NCBI GenBank assembly: GCA_903873805.1
Contig: CAIQQB010000106.1
Coordinates: 102,672 to 166,671, forward strand
Origin: an uncultured Opitutia bacterium
GTDB taxonomy: Bacteria; Verrucomicrobiota; Verrucomicrobiia; Opitutales; Opitutaceae
DNA: 64,000 nucleotides
Direction of reading: 5' to 3'
Shown: positions 29,027 through 38,319 of the stretch, in pieces
How the letters are laid out: each line of letters begins with the position of its first letter
How positions within the stretch are numbered: position 1 is the stretch's first letter
Made by a program: the position numbers and the translations under genes
The notes under the pieces: generated by a model
Databases searched by the model: none
The model's input: only the letters and a program-made list of their open reading frames with translations
What the model was told of the DNA's origin: nothing

Positions 29027-30682
29027 ATGAAAGAGCGGCTTTCCCACATCGTCCCCCTGACTCTGGCCATTGGTGTGGCCGGCGGGCTCCTGTGGTGGCT
29101 GCAGCTCCCTGGGAGCGGCCACGCCGTCACCGCGGCCAATCCCTCCGAACCGGATCAGGGACCGGCCAGCGTTCCGGCCGCGGCGTCGGAGCTCGACGCC
29201 GAGGCGCTCGCCCGGCTCCGGGCGGCCACGGCGGACGGGACGGGGCTGCTGGCCAAATTTCTACAGGAGCTGGATCCGGCTCACGCGCGGATCAATGAGG
29301 CGGTGCTCACCTTCAAGGATGCGGCCGCCTTCCGGGCCTTTCTGGGGCGGGCGGGGGCGGCCGGGCTGCAGGTGCTCGGCCGGATTGACGGTCTGCTGAC
29401 GGCGCGCGTCCGCTTTGCCTCGCTTTCCGCGCTGCAGACCGAAGTGGTGAGCAACATCGCCGACCTCGTGGACGTGAGCGCGAACATCATTGTGCAGGCC
29501 CCGGCGCTGCCGCCACCGGAGGCGCGGGCCGGGGTGCAGCAGGTGCCGATCAACAACAACCTGCTCGCATCGCTGGGGGTGACGGGCGACCACAGCCAGT
29601 GGGGCGCGGGCGTGACCATCGCGGTGCTCGACAGCGGCGTGGCCCCCGATCCCACGTTCGGATCCCGGGTGCAGTTTCTTGATGTCGGGCTCGGTACCGG
29701 CGTGACCCCGGGAGACGCCCATGGCACCTCGGTCGCCTCGATTGCCGCCGGCATGGCGGGGGATGCGCCCGGTATCGCACCGGCGGCCGGCATCCTCAGC
29801 GTGCGGATTACGGCGGCCGACGGGACGAGCGATCTCTTCACCCTCTCGCAAGGGATCATGGCCGCGGTGGACAAGGGGGCGCAGGTCATAAACATCAGCA
29901 TGGGCAGCTACTCGACCACCGGCCTGCTGACTGCGGCGATCGACTATGCCGGACAACATGGGGCGGTCGTGGTCGCTTCGGCCGGCAACGACCAGGCGTC
30001 GCAGCTGGTTTGGCCGGCCGCGGACCCCCGGGTGGCCTCGGTCGGGGCAGTGGATGCCGTGGAGCAGCAGGTGATCTTTTCCAACGCCGGTCCGCAGCTG
30101 AAGATCACCGCCCCCGGTTATGACGTGCAGACCGCCGGACTGGACGGCCAGCGGGTGCTGTTCACCGGCACCTCGGCGAGTGCGCCGGTGGTGGCGGGTG
30201 CCATTGCGGCGATGATCTCCCAGAATCCGGGAATGGATGCACCCCAAGCCTGGCAGGTGCTGCAGCAGTATGCCAGCGATGCGGGCACGCCGGGCCCGGA
30301 TCCCAACTACGGAAACGGCATCGTGAATCTCGGCTGGGCCATGAACCGCGCCGACGCCTCACGCATTGACACGGCGGTCGCCAGCCCGACTTACGACCCA
30401 CTGACGAGCACCGTGGACTATCTGGTGCAAAATCGCAGCGGCATGGGCATGGGCGGCATGCAGCTCAACCTCGACATCAGCGGGGTGTCCAGCAGTTACA
30501 CGCTGCCCTGGCTGGATGCCGGGGCGACGACCGTCGTGCAGGCCGCCATCGATCCGTCGCGCCTCACCACGTCGGGCAATCTGGTCCTACGGGCGCAACT
30601 GGTCAATCCGCCCGGATTTCAGGACGTGGTGCCGGCCAACAACCGCCGGGCGAGCGTCCTCACGCCGCCTCCGGCGAAGTAG
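29027..30682 (+). CDS. secreted subtilisin-like serine protease (peptidase S8)
   Basis: 551 aa from the ATG at 29027 (MKERLSHIVPLTLAIGVAGGLLWWL…); the ORF-track start at 29000 is TTG. The catalytic triad reads 'IAVLDSGV' (Asp), 'HGTSVASIAAG' (His) and 'GTSASAPVVAGAIAAM' (Ser). Confidence 0.85.
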   Translation: MKERLSHIVPLTLAIGVAGGLLWWLQLPGSGHAVTAANPSEPDQGPASVPAAASELDAEALARLRAATADGTGLLAKFLQELDPAHARINEAVLTFKDAAAFRAFLGRAGAAGLQVLGRIDGLLTARVRFASLSALQTEVVSNIADLVDVSANIIVQAPALPPPEARAGVQQVPINNNLLASLGVTGDHSQWGAGVTIAVLDSGVAPDPTFGSRVQFLDVGLGTGVTPGDAHGTSVASIAAGMAGDAPGIAPAAGILSVRITAADGTSDLFTLSQGIMAAVDKGAQVINISMGSYSTTGLLTAAIDYAGQHGAVVVASAGNDQASQLVWPAADPRVASVGAVDAVEQQVIFSNAGPQLKITAPGYDVQTAGLDGQRVLFTGTSASAPVVAGAIAAMISQNPGMDAPQAWQVLQQYASDAGTPGPDPNYGNGIVNLGWAMNRADASRIDTAVASPTYDPLTSTVDYLVQNRSGMGMGGMQLNLDISGVSSSYTLPWLDAGATTVVQAAIDPSRLTTSGNLVLRAQLVNPPGFQDVVPANNRRASVLTPPPAK

Positions 30683-30687
30683 CTGGG

Positions 30688-31746
30688 TTACGGCGCGGCG
30701 GAACCGGCAACCGTCGTGACCACTCCGGCCGGCGTGATGCGGCGGATCCGGCCGTTGTCCGAGTCGGCCACGTAAACGTTGCCGGCCCCGTCCACCGCCA
30801 GACTCCGCAGACCCGCGAACCCCGCGGCCGCGCCCGTGCCATCGGCGCTGCCGGACTGCCCGGCCTGGCCCGCCAGCGTGGTGACGACGCCCGCCGGGGT
30901 GATCTTGCGGACGATGGCGTTGTCGGTGTCGGCGACATAGACGTTGCCGGCGGCATCGGCGGCGAGCCCGCGCGGGGCGCCGAAGCTGGCGGCGCTGCCG
31001 GTGCCGTCCTTGCTGCCGGTGTCGCCAGCCTTGCCGGCCAGGGTGGTGACAACGCCGTCCGGGGTGATCTTGCGGATGTTGGAATTGCCCTCGTCGGCCA
31101 CGTAGAGGTTGCCGGTGGGATCGCTGGCGATCCCGCGCGGGGTGGCGAGGCGGGCGGACGTACCGGTGCCGTCGGTGCTGCCGCTCTCGCCCGCCTTGCC
31201 CGCAAAAATCGTGATCTTGCCGGCGGGGGTGACTTTGGCGATGCTGCTGCTGCCGTTGTTGGCGACGTAGGCGTTGCCGGCGGCATCGGTGGCCACGCTG
31301 ATGGGGCCGCTGATCAGGCCGTCGCTGCCGGTGCCCGTCGCGCTGGCGATGGTGGTGATTTTGCCGTCCGGCGCGATCCGGTGGACGGCGCCCCCGTCGA
31401 CATCGGCCACGAAGATGTTGCCAGTGGCATCCACTGCGAGGCCGCTGGGAGACTGGAAGGGTCCGGCGCCGGCCGCGCCGCCCCAGGAGGTGACCTTGCC
31501 GGCGGGCGTGAGGCGGTAGACGAGGCCGTCGGTGAAGTCGCCGATGTAGAGATTGCCGGCGGCGTCGACGGCGACGGCGCGGGGATTGGTGAGGCTGACG
31601 GCGACAAAATGGTCGAGCGCGGCGGCGGATTTTTTGATGTCAGCCGGGGCGGCTTTGGTCTCGGCGGCGGCGGGAGCCGGGGTGGTCGCGCCGGAGGCCG
31701 AGAGAGTCAGGACGAGGCTGCAGAGCAGGGCGGGGGTGGATTTCAT
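30688..31746 (-). CDS. secreted NHL-repeat beta-propeller protein, paralogous to the NHL region of the BlaR1-like protein
   Basis: 352 aa from the ATG at 31746 (MKSTPALLCSLVLTLSASGATT…). There are about 7 repeats of the form 'GN(L/V)YVAD..N..(I/V)R(K/R)ITP.G.VTT(L/V)AG'. It is convergent with the S8 protease, with the two stops 5 nt apart. Confidence 0.8.
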   Translation of the reverse strand: MKSTPALLCSLVLTLSASGATTPAPAAAETKAAPADIKKSAAALDHFVAVSLTNPRAVAVDAAGNLYIGDFTDGLVYRLTPAGKVTSWGGAAGAGPFQSPSGLAVDATGNIFVADVDGGAVHRIAPDGKITTIASATGTGSDGLISGPISVATDAAGNAYVANNGSSSIAKVTPAGKITIFAGKAGESGSTDGTGTSARLATPRGIASDPTGNLYVADEGNSNIRKITPDGVVTTLAGKAGDTGSKDGTGSAASFGAPRGLAADAAGNVYVADTDNAIVRKITPAGVVTTLAGQAGQSGSADGTGAAAGFAGLRSLAVDGAGNVYVADSDNGRIRRITPAGVVTTVAGSAAP

Positions 31747-32144
31747 GGGAAGGAAAACGGGGAAGCCGGTGGTAACAGGGGAGATAATGACATGCCCCGT
31801 CGCCGGTGATTTGTCGAGCCCGGGATGTACGCGGGGCGGAGGGAGCGCAGGTTTCCCGCCTGCCAATCCAAGCCTGCAGGCAAGGATGCCTGCGCTACTT
31901 GGCTGCCGAGTCAGAGCGCGCCGTCACAAAGACACTTCGGATTTTTGGCGTCGTCAATCGGTCGGTGAATTCTTTGATCAAGCAGGAAAGGGAGCCAGAT
32001 GATGGCCCTGAAGCCCAAGTATCCCAAGCGACGGAAGCGAAAGAAATACACAACGACCAAGCGAGTGGCGGTATGCCCGCCGGCAATACAAACGGGCTTT
32101 ACCGACGAAGCGGGGAGCATCCACCGCCTCGTGGTGAAGAGTGC

Positions 32145-33068
32145 TCAACTCAGCGTCACGCCCTTGGCCTTGGCGGCGCGGAGGAGGGCGTCGGCCATGT
32201 CGCTCGGGGTCACGGCGACCTCGATGCCGCATTCCCTAAACACCGCGATCTTGGCGGCGGCGGTATCCTCGGCGCCGCCGACGATCGCGCCGGCGTGGCC
32301 CATGCGGCGGCCCGCGGGGGCGGTGGCGCCCGCGATGAAGCCGGCCACCGGCTTGGTGCAGTGGGCCTTGATCCAGCGCGCGGCCTCGACCTCGGCGTTG
32401 CCGCCGATTTCACCAATCAGGATGATGCCGTGCGTCTCGGGGTCGGCGTTGAAGAGCTTGATCACGTCGAGGTGCGAAGTCCCGTTGACCGGGTCGCCGC
32501 CGATGCCGACGCAGGTCGTCTGGCCGATGTTTTTCTCCGTGAGCTGGAAGACCGCCTCGTAGGTGAGCGTGCCGGAGCGGGAGACGACGCCGACATGGCC
32601 GCGGCGGTGGATGTAGCCGGGCGCGATGCCGATGCGGCAACCGCCCTTGGAGCCGGCGCCGGGCCCGGGGGTGACGATGCCGGGGCAGTTCGGTCCGAGC
32701 AGGCGCGTGCGGCGGCCCAGCATGGCGCGTTTCACGCGGACCATGTCGCGGACCGGGATCCCCTCGGTGATCGCGACGGCGAGGTCGAGGTCGGCGTCGA
32801 CGCACTCGAGGATGGCGTCGGCCGCGAACGGCGGCGGCACGAAGATGGCGGAGACCGTGGCGCCGGTGGCGGCCTTGGCTTCGGCGACGGTGTTGAAGAT
32901 CGGCACGCGGTACGTGCTGTATTCAAAAATTTGCCCGCCCTTGCCCGGCGTGACGCCGGCGACGATGCCGGAGCCGTAGTCGAGCGAGAGTTTGGCGTGG
33001 CGGCCACCGAAGTCGCCGGTGATGCCTTGGACAAGGACCTTGGTCTCGGGAGTGATGAGGATGGACAT
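32145..33068 (-). CDS. sucD: succinate--CoA ligase [ADP-forming] subunit alpha
   Basis: 307 aa; '[10 protein letters not shown]', '[11 protein letters not shown]' and the phospho-His loop 'GHAGAIV' are present. Confidence 0.95.
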   Translation of the reverse strand: MSILITPETKVLVQGITGDFGGRHAKLSLDYGSGIVAGVTPGKGGQIFEYSTYRVPIFNTVAEAKAATGATVSAIFVPPPFAADAILECVDADLDLAVAITEGIPVRDMVRVKRAMLGRRTRLLGPNCPGIVTPGPGAGSKGGCRIGIAPGYIHRRGHVGVVSRSGTLTYEAVFQLTEKNIGQTTCVGIGGDPVNGTSHLDVIKLFNADPETHGIILIGEIGGNAEVEAARWIKAHCTKPVAGFIAGATAPAGRRMGHAGAIVGGAEDTAAAKIAVFRECGIEVAVTPSDMADALLRAAKAKGVTLS

Positions 33069-33074
33069 GGAAGA

Positions 33075-33174
33075 AAGTAGCGAGGAGTGAGTAGCGGGTA
33101 GCGAGTAGTTGTCAGAGCGCGAGTTTGAGGCAGTTGATTGCGATATGCTCGCTACCCGCTACTCACTCCTCGCT
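33075..33174. repeat. perfect 29-bp inverted repeat (gtagcgaggagtgagtagcgggtagcgag … ctcgctacccgctactcactcctcgctac) flanking a 42-nt spacer, between the VOC gene stop and the sucD start
   Basis: Arms at 33075-33103 and 33146-33174 are exact reverse complements. The left arm contains the internal direct repeat GTAGCGAG. Confidence 0.85.
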
Positions 33175-33181
33175 ACACATT

Positions 33182-33547
33182 TCATTTGGCCTTGCGCTGG
33201 TGGAGGGTGATGACGTTGCCGTCGTCGTCCTTGATCTGGAACATGCGGCAGGGAGGGAACTCGACGGGGGCGGTGGTGATGGTGACGCCGGCGGCCAGGA
33301 CGGCCCGGTGGGCGGCGTCGAGATCGGCGACCTCGAGCGCGAGGGAGGAGGCGGGCTTGCCGGGCATGGCGTTGGAGACCGCCAGGGCCTGGCCGGCGAT
33401 GTCGTATTCGATCCACCACTGGCCGGGGGCGAATTCAACCTGCACGCCCGTCTTCAGGCCGAGCAGGCCCTCGTAAAACTTGCGGGCGCGCGGGATGTCG
33501 GTGACGAGGTGAAATACGAACGCGATTTCTTTGACCTGGATGCTCAT
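33182..33547 (-). CDS. VOC/glyoxalase-bleomycin-resistance family protein, inserted between sucC and sucD
   Basis: 121 aa. 'IAFVFHLVTDIPRARKFYEGLLGLK' and the C-terminal 'MFQIKDDDGNVITL' match the VOC beta-alpha-beta-beta-beta fold. Confidence 0.8.
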   Translation of the reverse strand: MSIQVKEIAFVFHLVTDIPRARKFYEGLLGLKTGVQVEFAPGQWWIEYDIAGQALAVSNAMPGKPASSLALEVADLDAAHRAVLAAGVTITTAPVEFPPCRMFQIKDDDGNVITLHQRKAK

Positions 33548-33709
33548 GGTTTCGGGGGGCGAAGGGATTCAGCGCAAAGCGGCAAAGTTGCGAAGGGCAG
33601 AGGCGAAGCGGGGCGAATATTGGAAGCAGAGAGAGACACGGGGCCCGGCCGATTTTGATGCCATTTTCACTCTGTGTCCTCCGTGTCTCTGTGGTTCAAT
33701 GGATTGAAG

Positions 33710-34891
33710 TTAGCCCACGAGCTTGACGATCTTCTGGGCGGCGTCGGCCATCGACGTGCCGCTGACGATGGTGAGGCCGGAGTCGGCGAGGGTCTGCCGG
33801 CCCATGACGGCGTTGTTGCCCTCGAGGCGGACGACCAGCGGGAGCTTGAGGCCGACGACCTTGACGGCCTCGACGATGCCGGCGGCGATGACGTTGCAGT
33901 CCATGATGCCGCCGAAGATGTTCACGAGGATCCCCTTCACATGCGGGTCGCCGAGGATGATGTTGAAGGCGGCGACGACTTGGTCCTTGGAGGCGCCGCC
34001 GCCGACATCGAGAAAGTTGGCGGGTTCGCCGCCGCAGTGCTTGATGATGTCCATCGTGGCCATGGCGAGGCCGGCGCCGTTGACGAGGCAGGCGATGTTG
34101 CCGTCGAGCGCGATGTAGCTGAGCGAGGAGCGCGAAGCCTCGATTTCCTTCGGGTCCTCCTCGTTGAGGTCGCGCAGCGCGACAATGTCGGGATGACGGA
34201 AGAGCGCGTTGTCCTCGAAGGAGACCTTGGCGTCGAGCGCAAGCACCTCGCCGGTGGGCGTGGTGATGAGCGGGTTGACCTCGACCATGGAGGCGTCGGT
34301 CTCCCAGTAGAAATTGTAAAGGTTGCGGATGAGCTTGGTGGCGTTCTTGGCCTCGGCACCGGCCAGGCCGAGGCTGAAGATGATCTGGCGGATCTGGAAA
34401 TCGGCGAGCCCATAGGCGGGGTCGACGAAGATCTTCACGATCTTCTCGGGGGTCTCGTGCGCGACCTTCTCGATCTCGACGCCGCCCTCGGTGGAGGCGA
34501 CGATGACCGGCCGGGAAGAGGCGCGGTCGAGGAGGATGGCGAGGTAATACTCCTTCTTGATCTCGCTGGCGACGGTGAAGTAGACGGTCTGCACCTTGCG
34601 ACCGGCCGGGCCGGTCTGGATGGTGACGAGGGTGTTGTTGAGCATGCGGCCTGCGAGGAGCTTCGCGTCGGCCTTGGTCTTGCAGTACTTGACGCCGCCC
34701 TTGAAGCCGTCGGTGAACGTGCCCTTGCCGCGGCCGCCGGCGTGGATCTGCGATTTGACCATGGTGGGGCCTTCGGGCAGCGCTCCGAGGGCGGTGTCAA
34801 ACTCGGCGGTGGACTTGGCGGCGGCGCCCTTGGGGACGGGCACGCCATACTTTTCAAAAAGGGCTTTGGCCTGATACTCGTGGATGTTCAT
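33710..34891 (-). CDS. sucC: succinate--CoA ligase [ADP-forming] subunit beta
   Basis: 393 aa with the ATP-grasp N-terminus 'MNIHEYQAKALFEKYGVPVPKG'. Confidence 0.95.
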   Translation of the reverse strand: MNIHEYQAKALFEKYGVPVPKGAAAKSTAEFDTALGALPEGPTMVKSQIHAGGRGKGTFTDGFKGGVKYCKTKADAKLLAGRMLNNTLVTIQTGPAGRKVQTVYFTVASEIKKEYYLAILLDRASSRPVIVASTEGGVEIEKVAHETPEKIVKIFVDPAYGLADFQIRQIIFSLGLAGAEAKNATKLIRNLYNFYWETDASMVEVNPLITTPTGEVLALDAKVSFEDNALFRHPDIVALRDLNEEDPKEIEASRSSLSYIALDGNIACLVNGAGLAMATMDIIKHCGGEPANFLDVGGGASKDQVVAAFNIILGDPHVKGILVNIFGGIMDCNVIAAGIVEAVKVVGLKLPLVVRLEGNNAVMGRQTLADSGLTIVSGTSMADAAQKIVKLVG

Positions 34892-34947
34892 TGAAGAAAG
34901 TGGAGGGGGAGCGGACAGTAAGCCACAGGTTGGGCCGGGGACGCACG

Positions 34948-34981
34948 AAAAAAAGGGGCCGGATCCCGCAGGACCGGCCCC
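34948..34981 (-). terminator. rho-independent terminator of the sigma-NfeD/flotillin operon
   Basis: Minus-strand hairpin GGGGCCGG-11nt-CCGGCCCC followed by T7, 45 nt downstream of the flotillin stop. Confidence 0.65.
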
Positions 34982-35025
34982 GGCACCAGCTTGTAAGGCG
35001 GGCTAATGCGCCGCGCACCGACTGC

Positions 35026-36534
35026 TTACGGTTCCTTATGCTCCATGGCCTTTTTCAGCGCGGGCACCTGCTCCATGAGCCTCTCGAGCTTCACGCCGGT
35101 GAGCGCCTCGAGCACGGGCGGCAGCTGGCTGAGAATGGTGGTGACATCGCCGGTGAGCTTGCTGGCCCCGCCGCCGGGGCCGGAACCGGCGTTGATAATG
35201 ACCATCTTCTCGGTCTTGGCGAGGGGGGCCGAGATCTGTCCGGCAATTTCCGGCAGGGCGCGGACGATGAGCTCGATGATGGCGGCCTGGTTGTACTCCT
35301 TGAACGACTCGGCCTTCTTGCGCATCGCCTCGGCAGTCGCGAGGCCCTGCGCCTCGATCACGGACGCTTCGGCCAGACCGCGGGCCTTGTTGGCGTCGGC
35401 CTCGGCCGAACCGGTGGCTTTCACGACGTCGGCGGCGGCAAAGCCGGTGGCCTTGGTCGCCGCCGCGGTGCCGGCGGCCTCGGTCTCCAGCTGGAACTTC
35501 CGCGCGGCGGCGAGCGTCTCGACCTTGTAGCGTTCGGCGTCCGCCGGCTTCTGGACATTGGCCTCGAGCTCGCGCTGGCGGCGGAGAATTTCCTGCTGCT
35601 GCAGCTCGATCTGCTTCTGCTTCTCGACGATACTGACCTGCACCTCCTCGGCCTTGACGAGCTGGTTGGTCTTGAACTTCTGGAGATCGTAGGCGAGCTC
35701 GGACTGGGCCTTCTTCTGGTTCACCGATGCATTGTAGTCGGCGACGTTCATCTGGTAGTCGCGCTGGGCCTCGGCGATCTTGCTGTCGGCGGCAAACTTC
35801 GCCTCCTGTCCGGCCTGCGAGGCCAGGGCGGTGCGGATGGCGGCGTCGCGGTCGGCCTCGGCCTGGGCGATCTGGGCGTCGCGCTTGACCTGGGCGATGC
35901 GGGGCTTGCCGAGGGCGTCGAGGTAACCCTGGGTGTCGCGGATGTCGCGGATGGTGAAGCTGACGATGCTGAGGCCCATGTTGGCCATGTCGCCGGCGGC
36001 GACCTCCTGGACCTTCGAGGCGAACGCGTCGCGGTTCTGGTAGATCTCCTCGACGGTCATCGTGCCGAGGATGGCGCGCAGGTGGCCCTCGAGCGTCTGC
36101 ATGGCGATGTTCTTGATGTCGTCCACGCCCTTGCTGAGGAACTGTTCGGCGGCGGTGGCGATCGAGACGTCGTCGCCCTTGACTTTGATCTGCGCGACGC
36201 CGTCGACCTTCACCGGCACGCCCTTGCTGGTGTAGACCTCGGGGGTCTGCACATCGATGGTCAGCAGCTCGAGCGAGAGGATGTCGGACTTTTCGAGAAC
36301 CGGGATGATGAAGGTGCCGCCGCCCTTGACGACCCGGAACCCGCGGATGGCGGTCTTGCCATCGGCCCCGGTGACGCGGTGCTGTTTGCCGGAGACGATG
36401 AGCACCTCGTTGGGGCCGACCTTGGTGTAGCGGCTGGCCCAGACGACGGCGAACACGAAGATGACGGCGACAATGCCGACGATCGCGACGATGGTGGTGC
36501 TGACGCCGAGGATATCTGCGAGGGGGAGGTTCAT
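35026..36534 (-). CDS. flotillin-like SPFH/band-7 domain protein (FloT/YqiK-like)
   Basis: 502 aa with an N-terminal TM anchor and the SPFH domain 'VGPNEVLIVSGK…'. A long EA-rich coiled coil follows ('AQAEADRDAAIRTALASQAGQEAKFAADSKIAEAQRD…'). Confidence 0.9.
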   Translation of the reverse strand: MNLPLADILGVSTTIVAIVGIVAVIFVFAVVWASRYTKVGPNEVLIVSGKQHRVTGADGKTAIRGFRVVKGGGTFIIPVLEKSDILSLELLTIDVQTPEVYTSKGVPVKVDGVAQIKVKGDDVSIATAAEQFLSKGVDDIKNIAMQTLEGHLRAILGTMTVEEIYQNRDAFASKVQEVAAGDMANMGLSIVSFTIRDIRDTQGYLDALGKPRIAQVKRDAQIAQAEADRDAAIRTALASQAGQEAKFAADSKIAEAQRDYQMNVADYNASVNQKKAQSELAYDLQKFKTNQLVKAEEVQVSIVEKQKQIELQQQEILRRQRELEANVQKPADAERYKVETLAAARKFQLETEAAGTAAATKATGFAAADVVKATGSAEADANKARGLAEASVIEAQGLATAEAMRKKAESFKEYNQAAIIELIVRALPEIAGQISAPLAKTEKMVIINAGSGPGGGASKLTGDVTTILSQLPPVLEALTGVKLERLMEQVPALKKAMEHKEP

Positions 36535-36582
36535 GGTGAAATGGTCGGGAGGTGGACAGGCGATTTGCCGGCGGGCCGGCGC

Positions 36583-37956
36583 TCAGGGCGCGGAGACATA
36601 AAACTGGGTGCCGACGATGCGGGTGATCTTCACCGTGGCGCCGCTGGCGAAAGTCGCGCCGCCCTCGGAGCGGGCGGGGGCGGTGTAGCGCGAGCCGAGC
36701 TGCACATAGGCGATTTCGCCGACGCCCTCGGCGGCGATGGGCGTGATGACGGTCGCAGCCTGACCGGCCAGGCCGGCCACGCGGCCCTCGCTGGAGCCCT
36801 GGGTTTTCCGGAAAATCGTGTCGAACAGCCAGAACACCACGGCCGCAATGATGATGCCGCCGGCAGCCGAGAGCGGCCCGCTGATCCACCAGGTGCGTGT
36901 GGCCTCGACTTGGGTGAAAATCATCCCCAGTCCGCCGAACGCGGTGACAAACGCCGCCAGCGTGGTCGGGCTGAGCGGGGAAAAGCCGGGCATCTCGTTC
37001 GGGCCGCCGCCAGCCTCGGCGTGGCCCTGGGCGTGGCCGCCATGGTCAACATGCCCGCCGATCTCATTGCCCGCTTCGGCATGGCCGCCGAACGCATGAC
37101 CGGCCACCGCGCTCAGCAGCGTAAAAAGCAGTCCGACCCCGAAGCAGACCGAGTAGACCAGCACCGCCGTGCTGTCGGCCGTCTCGTCGCCAGTGGCGAA
37201 ACCAGCCGCGCCCACGCCGGCGAGCGCGATGACGCCCGGCTGGACTTTGTTCAGGGAGAAAATCTTTGAGAGCTTGGCAAGCAGGCCCGCGCCGCCCACG
37301 ACCGCGGTCGGGTGGGTCAACGCGCCGGCCGCCAGCGTCGTGGCGAGGCCGGCCGGGAACGCCGTCGCCGCGTTGGTGGTGAGGACCAGGCCGAGGGCGG
37401 CGGCCGTCGAGGTGATGCCTTTCTTCACGAGGACGAGGCGCAATTTTTCCAGTGCCCGTTCCGCGCGCATCCGGGCCGAGCTTTCGCCGATGCCGAGCTT
37501 TTCGCCCATCGCGGCGAACGGCTGCTCTTCAAAATAGCGCAACAAAATCGCCGCGCGGTCCGGCTCCGCGAGTTCGCAGATGGCTTCGTCAATCAGCGGG
37601 CGGACCTGCGCCCAGGCGTGATCGTCGGGGGAGCCGCGTTCCATTTCCTGCCAGGTTCCGGACTCCCGTTCGCGGGCCTGGCGCCGCTTTTCCGCCCGCC
37701 GGGCCTTGAGCGAGGCGAAGCGGGTGCTGGTGTAGAGCCAACTGACGAGGACCGGCCGGTCGGCGAGCTGGCCGGCTTTGCGGGCGAGGTCGATGAACAC
37801 GCTTTGGCTCACATCCTGCGCCAGCAACGTGTCGCCGCCGACCTGGCGCAGCGCGGCGGAATAAACGAGACTGGTCCGGCGCTGGACCAGCTCGGCAAAG
37901 GCGGTATCCGACCCTTCATGAACATGGCGGCGCAGCAATTCGGCATCGTTCATCAT
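36583..37956 (-). CDS. ECF (sigma-70 family) RNA polymerase sigma factor fused to a multi-TM, His-rich NfeD-like membrane and OB-fold domain
   Basis: 457 aa from ATGATG at 37956 (MMNDAELLRRHV…). Region 2 reads 'FAELVQRRTSLVYSAALRQVGGDTLLAQDVSQSVFIDLARK' and region 4 'ILLRYFEEQPFAAMGEKLGIGESSARMRAERALEKLR'. About 5 TM helices flank the His-rich loop 'HAFGGHAEAGNEIGGHVDHGGHAQGHAEAGGG'. The C-terminus is an NfeD-type OB barrel ('GRVAGLAGQAATVITPIAAEGVGEIAYVQLGSRYTAPARSEGGATFASGATVKITRIVGTQFYV'). A 48-nt gap separates it from the flotillin gene. Confidence 0.75.
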   Translation of the reverse strand: MMNDAELLRRHVHEGSDTAFAELVQRRTSLVYSAALRQVGGDTLLAQDVSQSVFIDLARKAGQLADRPVLVSWLYTSTRFASLKARRAEKRRQARERESGTWQEMERGSPDDHAWAQVRPLIDEAICELAEPDRAAILLRYFEEQPFAAMGEKLGIGESSARMRAERALEKLRLVLVKKGITSTAAALGLVLTTNAATAFPAGLATTLAAGALTHPTAVVGGAGLLAKLSKIFSLNKVQPGVIALAGVGAAGFATGDETADSTAVLVYSVCFGVGLLFTLLSAVAGHAFGGHAEAGNEIGGHVDHGGHAQGHAEAGGGPNEMPGFSPLSPTTLAAFVTAFGGLGMIFTQVEATRTWWISGPLSAAGGIIIAAVVFWLFDTIFRKTQGSSEGRVAGLAGQAATVITPIAAEGVGEIAYVQLGSRYTAPARSEGGATFASGATVKITRIVGTQFYVSAP

Positions 37957-38319
37957 TGCCTCATTACACCCGCCGGCGGAGGCAATGGCACATCCGGGCG
38001 AAGAAGATTCGCCCGGGAGGGTGGCGGGACGGCGGGGACAGGCGTCCATAACGCACCCATTTAAGCAAGTTTTCCCGGCGAGCGCACTTAGAATCTGGCC
38101 GGCGGTTTCCAATCGTCGTGTCGCCGCCCTTTTGGGGTTGGGCGCGGGCTTGGGGCCATTTAACGAAGGCTGTATTGAGCAGGGCCGGATTGGGCCCAGC
38201 CTCCGGATGGCCGGTCACAGCTGGTCCTGTTCCCCAATGCATCGTAAGTCGAAAAGTCCAAGTGCCGGCGCGCTCTCGCGCTTGCCAATCCCAGCGCCGG
38301 CGCACAACCTCGGCCCACC

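Noticed and set aside
33674-37269. Long plus-strand ORFs 33674..34894 and 34891..37269
   Set aside because: They are antisense to sucC and to the flotillin and sigma-NfeD genes. The Gly/Asp/Glu/Leu-rich composition is typical of GC-rich antisense artefacts.
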